Shown here in pieces: positions 18,743 through 27,877 of a stretch of 64,000 bases of DNA. The notes under the pieces were generated by a model. The model was not told the DNA's origin and made no database searches. It saw only the letters and a list, made by a program, of their open reading frames with translations. Positions within the stretch are counted from its first letter, which is position 1. Every line of letters begins with the position of its first letter. This stretch comes from an uncultured Actinomycetales bacterium (GTDB taxonomy: Bacteria > Actinomycetota > Actinomycetes > S36-B12), in assembly GCA_913063435.1 (NCBI GenBank), contig CAJXYI010000006.1:3147-67146 (forward strand), written 5' to 3'. A program made the translations under genes and the position numbers.

Positions 18743-20179
18743 TCATCGCAGAACCTCACCGTCGACCGTGACGTGTGTGGCCACGTGTCCGCGCTGCACA
18801 GTCGTCGGCCAGTACACACCGTAGGGCGCAGGTTCTGCCGGTGGCGTGGTCGGGAACATGCCCGGATACGTCGCCAGCGCCGACTCCACCACAGCCGCGG
18901 TGAACGGTTTGCCGATCTTCTTCGGGTCGGTGTCCCGCACCGTCAGCCGGAGGTGGGACTGCGCCGACGCCGTATCGGGTGCATCGAGCACACCGGTGCG
19001 ATCCCACGCGACGATGAGTTCGGCCACCTCGAGGATCGATGCCGCCGCGAGGTCACCCGGGGACAACCGCTGCGCCTCAGCCAGGCCGACGCCGGCGATC
19101 GTGCGCAGCACCAGATCTGCTTTCGCATCGGGCTCCAACCCTGTGATGACCAGCGACAGAGAGTTGCGGAAACCACCGAGGTAGGTGCCCGCGACCTTCA
19201 ACATGGACGGCGGTGCAGCACCGCGAACCCCGCTGATCGACACTCGGTTCACCCCGACCTCATCGAGCGTGATCGTGTCGAACAGTGCGATCGCATCGGG
19301 ATTGGCATACGCCGGAGCACCGATCTCATAGAGCAACTGCGCGGTGACCGTGCCGACGGAAACCAGACCGCCGGTTTCCTGATGCTTCGTGATCACGCTG
19401 CTTCCATCGCGAGCGACCTCGGCGATGGGAAATCCCGGATGCTCCAAACCGGGCACTTCGGTGAAGAAGGAGTAATTCCCGCCGGTCACCTGCGTTCCAC
19501 ATTCGATGGCGTGGCCGGCCACGATCGCACCGGCCAACGCGTCGAGGTTGCCCTGGTCCGCAGGGTCATAGCTCCAGTCGTGCCACCACGCGGCGGGCCC
19601 CACCACGAGTGCCGCGTCCGTGACGCGGCCGGTGATCACCACATCGGCACCTGCAGCGAGTGCTCGGGTGATGCCCTCACCACCGAGATAGGCGTTGGCG
19701 GTGAGTAGATGCGCACCGGCCTCGTCGAGGGTCTCGCCGGTGTCGAGGTTGCGCAATTGCTCGCCCGCAGCGCGCAGGTTGTCGAGATCGCCCATCAGGT
19801 CGTCTCCGGTCACCACCGCGATCCGTGGTCGAAGACCAAGAGCATCGGCTTTCTCACGTAGCGAATCAGCGCATCCCTGTGGGTCGAGACCACCGGCATT
19901 GCTCACCACGCGGATCCCCCGATCAAGGCAGGTCCCGAGTACGTGCTCCATCTGGGTGAGGAAGGTGCGGGCGTATCCCGAGCCCGCACCGTGCTTCATG
20001 CGCTGGCGCGCGAGGATGAGCATGGTCAATTCAGCGAGCCAATCACCGGTCAGGACATCGATCGCGTCTTCCGACGACGCGGATCCCTCCACCATCTCGC
20101 GTGCCGCAGATAGTCGATCGCCGAAGAAGCCGCTCACGTTCGCGATGCGCACCGGGCGCCGAGTATCGGTGTTCATCAC
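18743..20179 (-). CDS. AtuA-like acyclic terpene utilisation family protein (DUF1446), large subunit
   Basis: 478 aa. The N-terminus VRIANVSGFFGDRLSAA...LTGDWLAELTM is typical of DUF1446/AtuA. ATGA overlap with the carboxylase alpha-subunit stop. Confidence 0.8.
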   Translation of the reverse strand: MMNTDTRRPVRIANVSGFFGDRLSAAREMVEGSASSEDAIDVLTGDWLAELTMLILARQRMKHGAGSGYARTFLTQMEHVLGTCLDRGIRVVSNAGGLDPQGCADSLREKADALGLRPRIAVVTGDDLMGDLDNLRAAGEQLRNLDTGETLDEAGAHLLTANAYLGGEGITRALAAGADVVITGRVTDAALVVGPAAWWHDWSYDPADQGNLDALAGAIVAGHAIECGTQVTGGNYSFFTEVPGLEHPGFPIAEVARDGSSVITKHQETGGLVSVGTVTAQLLYEIGAPAYANPDAIALFDTITLDEVGVNRVSISGVRGAAPPSMLKVAGTYLGGFRNSLSLVITGLEPDAKADLVLRTIAGVGLAEAQRLSPGDLAAASILEVAELIVAWDRTGVLDAPDTASAQSHLRLTVRDTDPKKIGKPFTAAVVESALATYPGMFPTTPPAEPAPYGVYWPTTVQRGHVATHVTVDGEVLR

Positions 20180-22245
20180 TGCTCACCCGATGGCTTCGCA
20201 GATGAGTCCGTGGATGATCCCTCGAGCACCGCGACGACAGTGTGTGCATCCACCGAGTCGCCGACCGCCACGCGGACCTCCGCGATGACGCCGGCGGCAT
20301 CGGCGATGATCCGATGCTCCATCTTCATCGCTTCGAGCACCACGAGGCAGTCACCGGCCTCGACGCGATCGCCGACCGCGACGTTGACCATCGTCACCGT
20401 GCCCGGCACGGGAGTCGAGGGCCCGCGTGATGTCTCGCCCAGCCCGGTGTCCGCGTGCCGGGGCAATCGTCGCCACTGACTGGACTGTTCACCGTCACTG
20501 ATGCACCAGATGTCGTCTTCGAGGTGCACCATCACCGGGACACCGATCCCGTCGATACTGACGAACACGGTGTCGGCGTCCAGGATGCGCGCCTGCACCG
20601 CCGCAAGATCCCGGCCTTCGCGGGCATAGGTCTCTACCGCTGTCGCCGCTTCGGATTCGTGGATGGTGACGGCGAGACCGTCTCGCTGCCAACGGGTTGC
20701 GAGGGTGAAGCGGGCACGATCATCGAGGGAGGCGAATCGGTCGAGTTGGGCGGGCATCGGCACCGTGCTCCACCCTGTGGGGACATCGTGATCGTCACTG
20801 GCCCACACCACTGCGGCGATGAGATGGCGATCGATCACCGACTGCGGCACAGGTGGATCGAGCAGATCCGGATTCCGATCGAGGAAGTCGGTCGTGGTGT
20901 CGACGGCGATGAAGTCATCACTGCGGCAGATCGCGACAAGGGAGTCACGATTGGTGATGACCCCACCGATCTGCGCGGTGGCCAACGCCCGTGTCAGCAC
21001 CCGGGCTGCAGTCGTTCGGTCAGCGGAGTGCGCGATGACCTTGGCCAACATCGGGTCGTAATACGAGCTGATCACGGTCCCCGCCTCGACGCCGGAATCC
21101 ACGCGCACGACCGGGTCGATGTCGAACCGGCTCACGGTGCCGGTGTTGGGCAGATACCCGTTCGCCGGATCCTCGGCATATAGCCGAACCTCGATCGCGT
21201 GACCGGATCGGGTGATCTCACCCTGGGTCAGTGGCAGGGCTTCACCTCGGGCTACTCGGATCTGCCACTCGACGAGATCGAGACCGGTCACGGCTTCGGT
21301 CACGGGATGCTCGACCTGGAGGCGAGTGTTCATCTCCAGGAAGAAGAACTCCTCGCCGTCGGCGGTGTTGGCTGGATTATCGGTGGTCAGGAATTCCACC
21401 GTGCCGGCACCGACATAACCGATGACACGGGCCAACGCCGTCGCCGCGGCATACATCCGATCGGCAGTCGCCGCGGACAACCGCGCTGCCGGAGACTCCT
21501 CGACGATCTTTTGGTGCCGCCGCTGTATCGAGCATTCCCGCTCGAACAGGTGCACCACGTGTCCCTGCTGATCGCCGAACACCTGGACCTCGACGTGGCG
21601 GGATGGCTGGACGAAACGCTCGACGAACACCGTGCCGTCACCGAACGCGCTGCGCGCTTCGCGACGTGCCGCCTCGACCGCGTCAACGACATCGTCAAGA
21701 CGTTCAACGACGCGCATGCCCTTGCCACCGCCACCCGCTGAAGCCTTGATGAGAAGGGGGAATCCCACGCTGCTGACCCGATCGCAGACCTCATCGTCGG
21801 TGAGGTCATCGGGTAGTTCGGCCCCGGGAACCAGCGGAACACCGGCTTCCGCGGCCAACTGCTTGGCTTTGATCTTGTAGGCCATCTGCCGTATCGAATG
21901 TGGGGTTGGCCCGATCCAGGTCAATCCTGCGGTCTCGACAGCTTCGGCGAAGTCGGCGTTCTCTGAAAGGAAGCCATAGCCGGGATGCACCGCATCGGCG
22001 CCGCTGCGCTGTGCTGCTTCGATGATCGCATCGGCATTGAGATAGGTCTGCGTGCTGGTCCGCCCGGGCAGTGCGACAGCGAAATCCGCGTCGCGAACAT
22101 GAGGCGAGTCCGCATCTGGATCGGAGTACACCGCGACCGTCTGCAGTCCCATTCGACGCACCGTTGCCATGATGCGGCGGGCGATCTCTCCCCGATTGGC
22201 GACGAGGATACGACTCACCGTGTGATTCGCTGCGGGATCAGTCAT
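20176..22245 (-). CDS. acyl-CoA carboxylase alpha subunit (biotin carboxylase plus biotin carrier; methylcrotonyl-CoA/geranyl-CoA carboxylase type)
   Basis: 689 aa with the biotin carboxylase ATP-grasp motif (GGGGKGMRVV) and a C-terminal biotinyl motif EAMKME. Confidence 0.92.
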   Translation of the reverse strand: MTDPAANHTVSRILVANRGEIARRIMATVRRMGLQTVAVYSDPDADSPHVRDADFAVALPGRTSTQTYLNADAIIEAAQRSGADAVHPGYGFLSENADFAEAVETAGLTWIGPTPHSIRQMAYKIKAKQLAAEAGVPLVPGAELPDDLTDDEVCDRVSSVGFPLLIKASAGGGGKGMRVVERLDDVVDAVEAARREARSAFGDGTVFVERFVQPSRHVEVQVFGDQQGHVVHLFERECSIQRRHQKIVEESPAARLSAATADRMYAAATALARVIGYVGAGTVEFLTTDNPANTADGEEFFFLEMNTRLQVEHPVTEAVTGLDLVEWQIRVARGEALPLTQGEITRSGHAIEVRLYAEDPANGYLPNTGTVSRFDIDPVVRVDSGVEAGTVISSYYDPMLAKVIAHSADRTTAARVLTRALATAQIGGVITNRDSLVAICRSDDFIAVDTTTDFLDRNPDLLDPPVPQSVIDRHLIAAVVWASDDHDVPTGWSTVPMPAQLDRFASLDDRARFTLATRWQRDGLAVTIHESEAATAVETYAREGRDLAAVQARILDADTVFVSIDGIGVPVMVHLEDDIWCISDGEQSSQWRRLPRHADTGLGETSRGPSTPVPGTVTMVNVAVGDRVEAGDCLVVLEAMKMEHRIIADAAGVIAEVRVAVGDSVDAHTVVAVLEGSSTDSSAKPSGEQ

Positions 22246-22251
22246 CGCACA

Positions 22252-23871
22252 TCACATCCGGAACACGCCGTAGCCGGGCGCGCCTTCGATCGGTGCGGAA
22301 TGAACCGCTGACAGTGCCATGGTCAGCGCAGAGCGGGTGTCGCGTGGATCGATGATGCCGTCGTCCCACAGCCGACCCGTTGCGAACAGCGCCGTGGACT
22401 GGCCTTCCACCTGCTGCTCGAAGGCATCGCGCAACGGTGCGAAGGCTGCTTCGTCGAATTCCCCGCCGGCCGCCTCGGTTTTCTGACGCGCGACGATCGT
22501 CAGGACTCCGGCTAATTGCTTCGGCCCCATGACCGCGATGCGGTGATTGGGCCAACTGAAAACGAATCGTGGGTTGTAGGCACGGCCGGACATGCCGTAG
22601 TTGCCGGCGCCATAGGACGCACCCATCATCAACGTCAGGTGCGGCACGGTGGAGTTGCTGACCGCGTTGATCAGCTTGGCGCCATCCTTGATGATGCCGC
22701 CCTGCTCGTAACGCGTCCCGACCATGAATCCGGTGATGTTCTGCGCGAACAGGATCGGCACTCCCATGCGATTGCACAACTGGATGAACTGCGCACCCTT
22801 GTGGCTTTCCTCGCTGAACAGGATCCCGTTATTGGCGAGCACTCCGACGGGATAGCCGCCGATGTGGCCCCACCCGGTCACCAGTGTGGTGCCGTACAAC
22901 GGTTTGAACTCCTCGAACTCGCTGCCATCGAGTACGCGGGCTAGTACCTCGCGCGCCTCGAAGGGCTGGCGGACGTCGCCACTGGCGATACCGAGTAGAT
23001 CTTGCGGGTCATAGATCGGATCGACCGGCGCACGGTCGGTTCCCGTTCCGGCGCGACGCCAGCGAAGATGACCGACGATGTCGCGGCCGATCCGCAGTGC
23101 ATCGGCTTCGTCGACGGCGAGATAGTCGGCTAGGCCGGAGGTTCGTGCGTGCATATCCGCACCGCCGAGATCCTCTTCGTCGGCATCCTCGTCGATGGCC
23201 ATCTTCACCAGCGGTGGTCCGCCCAGATAGACGCGTGCAGCGTCCTTGACCAGAACCGTGTAATCACTCATACCCGGCACATAGGCGCCACCCGCAGTCG
23301 ATGAACCGAACACCAACGTGATCGTGGGGATGCCGGCGGCCGACAGTTGGGTGAGGTTGCGGAAACTCGCACCGCCGGGGACGAAGATCTCGGCCTGTTT
23401 CGGCAGGTCCGCACCACCGGATTCGGTGAGGTTTACGAGTGGCAGACGGTTCTCGCGCGCGATGTCCATCGCCCGCAAGCCCTTCGCCACCGCGGATGGA
23501 CCTTGCGAGCCACCCTTCACCGTCGGGTCATTGGCCACGATCATCACATCGACGCCGTGCACCCGACCGATCCCCGACACGACACCGGCACCGATCGGAT
23601 CATCGGTTCCCCAACCGGCGAGCGGGGACAGTTCCAACCAGGGGGAGCCCGCATCGAGCAGGCCCATGATGCGTTCGCGAGGCAGTTGCTTGCCGCGGCT
23701 GCGCAATCGCGCGACCGATCGGGCGTTCTTCTCGGCGTCATCGCTGCCTCCACCGCCGGTCACCCGCGCCAGCAGGCCGTCGATCTCGTCCAGCGCAGCG
23801 CGCATCGCCTCGGCGTTCGCCGCGAAGTCCGCGGAGCGCGGATCCACCCGGGTGGGAAGTACAGCCGCCAT
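22252..23871 (-). CDS. acyl-CoA carboxylase beta subunit (carboxyltransferase; MccB/AtuC type)
   Basis: 539 aa with two carboxyltransferase half-domains. Typical of the MCC/GCC beta family. First gene of the operon. Confidence 0.92.
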   Translation of the reverse strand: MAAVLPTRVDPRSADFAANAEAMRAALDEIDGLLARVTGGGGSDDAEKNARSVARLRSRGKQLPRERIMGLLDAGSPWLELSPLAGWGTDDPIGAGVVSGIGRVHGVDVMIVANDPTVKGGSQGPSAVAKGLRAMDIARENRLPLVNLTESGGADLPKQAEIFVPGGASFRNLTQLSAAGIPTITLVFGSSTAGGAYVPGMSDYTVLVKDAARVYLGGPPLVKMAIDEDADEEDLGGADMHARTSGLADYLAVDEADALRIGRDIVGHLRWRRAGTGTDRAPVDPIYDPQDLLGIASGDVRQPFEAREVLARVLDGSEFEEFKPLYGTTLVTGWGHIGGYPVGVLANNGILFSEESHKGAQFIQLCNRMGVPILFAQNITGFMVGTRYEQGGIIKDGAKLINAVSNSTVPHLTLMMGASYGAGNYGMSGRAYNPRFVFSWPNHRIAVMGPKQLAGVLTIVARQKTEAAGGEFDEAAFAPLRDAFEQQVEGQSTALFATGRLWDDGIIDPRDTRSALTMALSAVHSAPIEGAPGYGVFRM

Positions 23872-23912
23872 AGACTTGACGCTAATGTCAACTTGACGCT
23901 CACGTCAAGTCT
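23872..23912 (-). promoter_or_regulatory. candidate operator array and leaderless promoter of the carboxylase (atu/liu-like) operon
   Basis: Three copies of ACTTGACG are present: direct at 23874..23881 and 23891..23898, and inverted at 23903..23910. They form a perfect 10-bp inverted repeat AGACTTGACG/CGTCAAGTCT, a TTGAC-N6-GTCAA palindrome (23876..23891) and an ACTTGACG-N4-CGTCAAGT palindrome (23891..23910). On the coding strand the region reads TTGACG-18 nt-TAGCGT-7 nt-ATG. Confidence 0.5.
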
Positions 23913-23917
23913 TTCCC

Positions 23918-23975
23918 TAGCCCTTCTTCGGGTAATCCGAGCCCGATTCGGGCACCTTCTCCCCGAAGAACTGCC
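23918..23975. repeat. family-1 element, copy 2 (right arm degenerate)
   Basis: The sequence is TAGCCCTTCTTCGGGTAATCCGAGCCCGATTCGGGCACCTTCTCCCCGAAGAACTG. The left arm and inner palindrome are conserved. Confidence 0.75.
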
Positions 23976-24006
23976 CGAAGTTCGCCGGGCGCGGGAGAAT
24001 AGGCCC

Positions 24007-24270
24007 ATGTCACATGACGAGCTCACCCAGTGGGACCACGCCGCCCGATCGGCCCTCGCCAGCGAGGTCGGCATCACCGCACCGGAGACCGATCTGCAGA
24101 TGCTGCTCGATATCGCCCGAGACGCCGCACACGCAGTCAACCGTCCGGCCGCACCGGTAACGACCTATCTGCTGGGTTACGCCGCGGGTAGCGGCGCGAA
24201 CGTGGAGCAGGCTGCCGCAGCACTTCGCCATCTGGCCGGCGAATGGGATCTCGGCCTGCACCGCGAGTGA
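24007..24270 (+). CDS. small DUF6457-like protein
   Basis: The track ORF 23347..24270 was trimmed to the ATG at 24007, because the upstream part is antisense to the carboxyltransferase gene. It is an 87-aa Ala-rich helical protein just upstream of moeA. The family name is from memory. Confidence 0.5.
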   Translation: MSHDELTQWDHAARSALASEVGITAPETDLQMLLDIARDAAHAVNRPAAPVTTYLLGYAAGSGANVEQAAAALRHLAGEWDLGLHRE

Positions 24271-24295
24271 GAGTCTGCGTGGCAGGCTGAGTGGT

Positions 24296-25525
24296 GTGAA
24301 CTCCCTCGACTGGCACACCGCACGTCGTGTAGCGGCCACCGCTCGCGATGCGCTACCCGTCGTTCCTGCCCGACTCGACGAAGCGGTGGGGTCGGTGCTC
24401 GCCGAACCGCTCACTGCGCTCAGCGACCTGCCGCCCTTTCCGTCGGCTGCCATGGATGGTTTCGCCGTCGCCGGCAATGGCCCCTGGCTCGTCGCCGAGT
24501 CCACTCATCTCGCCGGTCACGAAGAGCCCGCACCGCTCGAGCCGGGTCACGCTCTGTCGATCGCGACCGGCGCTGTACTCCCCGCTGGTGCTACGGCCGT
24601 TGTGAGATCCGAACTCGCGATCGTCGAGGGTGCCCTGCATGGATCGCGCCTGTTCACCCGCGATCCATTGACGAATCTGCCGGATGAGTCCAGTCCCGCT
24701 CCGACTCCAGGAACCGACATCCGTGCCCGCGGAGAGGAGTGCGCCCAGGGCGATCGACTCGTCGAGGCCGGTGTCATCGTGACACCGGGGGTCGTCGGTC
24801 TGGCAGCTGCTGCCGGCTACGACACGCTGGCAGTCGTTCCTCCTCCCGTCGTCGGTGTCTTCGTCATGGGGGACGAACTCCTCGAGCGTGGTCTTCCGCG
24901 ACCGGGTCGGGTGCGCGATGCACTCGGTCCCCTGCTCCCGCCGTGGCTTGCTGGCCTGGGTGCACGGGCGAATCCGCCCATCCGTGTTCCCGATTCCCTG
25001 GATGCACTCCTTGCCGAGATCGACGATGCCCAGGTCGATGTCATCGTCACCACGGGATCTACCGCTGCCGGACCGGTCGATCACCTGCATGCTGCCCTGG
25101 ATTCGCTGCGGGCTCGCTGGCTGGTCGATGGAGTCGCAGTGCGTCCGGGTCACCCGATGCTGATGGCGGAGCTGCGCGATGGCCGCATCCTCATCGGCCT
25201 TCCGGGCAATCCTCTGGCGGCGGTCTCGGGACTCATCACCCTGGCCGGTCCGCTCATCGCCGCGATGCGAGGTATCGACGAACCCATCGCGTCCGGGATC
25301 GAAGCGATCCTGCTCGACGACGTCACCTCCCATCCCCACGACACTCGACTGGTGCCCGTGGCCATCGAACCCGGCGAGGTGACTCATCTGGCGCGGCCGC
25401 ACCTGCACGCCGGGCCGGCGATGCTGAGGGGACTCGCCCAATCGGACGGCTTCGCAGTGATCACACCGGGCACCGGCCAGCGCGGCACCGGCGTGCAGGT
25501 CCTGCCCAATCCCCCCATCGTCTGA
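24296..25525 (+). CDS. moeA: molybdopterin molybdenumtransferase
   Basis: 409 aa with the MoeA signature PPFPSAAMDGFAV and the typical four-domain length. GTG start. Confidence 0.85.
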   Translation: MNSLDWHTARRVAATARDALPVVPARLDEAVGSVLAEPLTALSDLPPFPSAAMDGFAVAGNGPWLVAESTHLAGHEEPAPLEPGHALSIATGAVLPAGATAVVRSELAIVEGALHGSRLFTRDPLTNLPDESSPAPTPGTDIRARGEECAQGDRLVEAGVIVTPGVVGLAAAAGYDTLAVVPPPVVGVFVMGDELLERGLPRPGRVRDALGPLLPPWLAGLGARANPPIRVPDSLDALLAEIDDAQVDVIVTTGSTAAGPVDHLHAALDSLRARWLVDGVAVRPGHPMLMAELRDGRILIGLPGNPLAAVSGLITLAGPLIAAMRGIDEPIASGIEAILLDDVTSHPHDTRLVPVAIEPGEVTHLARPHLHAGPAMLRGLAQSDGFAVITPGTGQRGTGVQVLPNPPIV

Positions 25526-25549
25526 CCCACCGGAGTAGCGTCAGGGCCT

Positions 25550-26686
25550 GTGGCACGACGTTGGCTGCGCGAGGGTGTGACCTTTCGGCAGAACGAGGAC
25601 GAAGACGACGAGGCGAGTCGAATCGTCCTGCCATCACGAGGACTCAATCCGGCCTGGCAGATCGGCTTCCGGATTCTCATCGCGGTCGGTGCACTCCTGA
25701 TCACCGCGATCATCGTGTACCTCGAGCGGGATTGCTATGACGACAATGGCGTCCTCGGGGAGATCACGTTCATCGATGCGCTGTACTACGCCACCGTTTC
25801 CCTGTCGACGACCGGCTACGGCGATATCGCGCCGGTCTGCGAATCCGCCAGACTGGTCAACGTCCTCGTCATCACGCCGCTTCGATTCGTCTTCCTCATC
25901 GTCTTGATCGGCACGACCGTCGAGGTCTTGACGAAGCGAACCCGTGCAGAACTCCGCCGCAGAGCCTGGAGGCGCAAGGTGAACGATCACACCGTCATCA
26001 TCGGTTTCGGTGTCAAGGGACGATCCGCCGCGAGCATGCTGCTGGAAAACGGCGTCCCCGCCGATGAAATCGTCGTTGTCGCACGCGATCGTGAGCCGAT
26101 CGACGATGCGAAGCGCATGGGAATCGTCGGTGTTCAGGGTGATGGGCGCCGCTCGGATGTCCTACACGAAGCTGCGACGGAACGCGCGAAGCAGATCATC
26201 ATCGCCACGGACGAGGATGACACGACCGTTCTGGTCACGCTGACTGTCCGTCGACTGAATCCCTCAGCGAACATCGTGTGCGCGGTGCGTGAGGCGAACA
26301 ACACCCAGATCCTGCGCCAATCCGGTGCCGACAGCATCATCCCCACGGCTGAGTCCGCGGGCAACCTCATGGCGTTGACTCTGATCTCACCCGAAGCCGG
26401 TGCCTTGATGGAGGATCTGCTCGAGTCTCGGCGCGGCCTCGAGGTCGTGCAGCGACCGATCACCAAGGAGGAACTCGGTCTGGCACCCAGTGAGATCAAG
26501 GGTGGCAAAGAGATCGTCCTGGCGGTTGTCCGCGATGGTGATGTGCGCAAGTTCAACGAGGACAATCTCGTTCGGGTGCTCGACAAGAACGATCAGCTCG
26601 TGGTGATCCGTGAAGCGCAGGTGCGCGATGGAGACAATCGCGAACAGGTTCTCGGTCCGGCAGGGACATACACCAGCGGCGACTGA
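25550..26686 (+). CDS. two-TM potassium channel with cytosolic RCK (TrkA-N/TrkA-C) domain
   Basis: Selectivity filter TTGYGD, followed by the Rossmann motif IIGFGVKGRS and a TrkA-C-like C-terminus. Confidence 0.85.
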   Translation: MARRWLREGVTFRQNEDEDDEASRIVLPSRGLNPAWQIGFRILIAVGALLITAIIVYLERDCYDDNGVLGEITFIDALYYATVSLSTTGYGDIAPVCESARLVNVLVITPLRFVFLIVLIGTTVEVLTKRTRAELRRRAWRRKVNDHTVIIGFGVKGRSAASMLLENGVPADEIVVVARDREPIDDAKRMGIVGVQGDGRRSDVLHEAATERAKQIIIATDEDDTTVLVTLTVRRLNPSANIVCAVREANNTQILRQSGADSIIPTAESAGNLMALTLISPEAGALMEDLLESRRGLEVVQRPITKEELGLAPSEIKGGKEIVLAVVRDGDVRKFNEDNLVRVLDKNDQLVVIREAQVRDGDNREQVLGPAGTYTSGD

Positions 26687-26732
26687 CGCTGATCCCCTCC
26701 CACCCCGGCCCGACCTGGCAGACTCCTCTGTC

Positions 26733-27710
26733 ATGCATGCGATCGTCATCGACTCCCCCGGAGACCCCGATGTCTTGCACTGGCGGGAGGTCGCTGATCC
26801 CGAGCCTGGTCCCGGCGAGGTTCTCGTCGAGGTGGCCGCGAGCGCGGTGAACAGGGCGGACATTCTGCAGCGCAAAGGTTTCTATCCCCCGCCTCCGGGT
26901 GCCAGTGAGATTCCGGGCCTGGAGTGCTCCGGTCGCGTCATCGCGTTGGGTCCCGGGGTCGATTCGCTGGCGGTCGGTGACGAGGTGTGCTGCCTGCTCG
27001 CCGGTGGTGGCTATGCCACGAAGGTCACCGTCCCGGTCGGACAGTGCATGCCGATCCCGACAGGGGTGGATGTGGTGACGGCAGCGGGACTTCCCGAGGT
27101 CGCCTGCACCGTGTGGTCGAACCTGGTGATGATGGCCGGAGTGACCCGGGGGGACTGGCTGCTCGTGCACGGCGGGGCCGGCGGGATCGGCACGATGGCG
27201 ATTCAAGTCGCCCGGTTGCTCGGCGCCCAGGTCGCGGTCACCGCGGGAACCCAGGCGAAACTCGACACCTGCGCCGAACTCGGTGCGCAGGTGTGCATCA
27301 ACTATCGCGATCAGGATTTCGTCGAGGTCGTGCGTGCCGAAACAGGTGGCCGCGGTGTCGATGTGGTGCTCGACAACATGGGGGCGGCATACCTGCAGCG
27401 CAATGTCGATGTACTCGCCCGCGGTGGCCGCGTGGTGATCATCGGTCTGCAAGGTGGGGTGAAGGGCGAGCTCGATCTCGGTGTGCTGCTGCGCAAATCC
27501 GCGACCGTCCGGGCTACGACACTGCGATCTCGTCCACTCGAGGAGAAGGCTGAGATCTGCACTGCCGTGGAGCGCAATGTGTGGCCGTGGATCGCGGCGG
27601 GGCTGCTGCGCCCGGTCGTCGACCGTGTGATGCCGATGGCGGATGCGGCGGCCGCCCATGCGGCATTGGAAGCCGGCGAGATCTCCGGAAAGATCCTGCT
27701 CACCACCTGA
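26733..27710 (+). CDS. NAD(P)H:quinone oxidoreductase (PIG3/zeta-crystallin family MDR)
   Basis: The track ORF was trimmed to the ATG at 26733 (MHAIVIDSPGDPDVL...). Nucleotide-binding motif HGGAGGIGT. No zinc ligands. Confidence 0.88.
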   Translation: MHAIVIDSPGDPDVLHWREVADPEPGPGEVLVEVAASAVNRADILQRKGFYPPPPGASEIPGLECSGRVIALGPGVDSLAVGDEVCCLLAGGGYATKVTVPVGQCMPIPTGVDVVTAAGLPEVACTVWSNLVMMAGVTRGDWLLVHGGAGGIGTMAIQVARLLGAQVAVTAGTQAKLDTCAELGAQVCINYRDQDFVEVVRAETGGRGVDVVLDNMGAAYLQRNVDVLARGGRVVIIGLQGGVKGELDLGVLLRKSATVRATTLRSRPLEEKAEICTAVERNVWPWIAAGLLRPVVDRVMPMADAAAAHAALEAGEISGKILLTT

Positions 27711-27732
27711 TCGAGTGGGCAGATCGCGCGGG

Positions 27733-27836
27733 CACAAACGCCGGCTGAAAGGTCGTTCAGGCGGCAAACGCCGGCTAAGCGGCCGCCATTTGGCCAGCGT
27801 TTGCGGCCTGAGCGACCGATTGACCAGCGTTTGCGT
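27733..27836. repeat. family-2 composite palindromic repeat (four CAAACGCCGGC-type units, two forward then two reverse)
   Basis: The units are ACAAACGCCGGCTGAAAGGTCGTTCAGG, GCAAACGCCGGCTAAGCGGCCGCC, then the inverted GGCCAGCGTTTGC and CCTGAGCGACCGATTGACCAGCGTTTGC. Together they form a ~100-bp nested imperfect palindrome between convergent genes. Confidence 0.8.
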
Positions 27837-27877
27837 GGTCTAGGACGGCTCGTCTCTCCCTGGGCGGTTCGCGCGAC

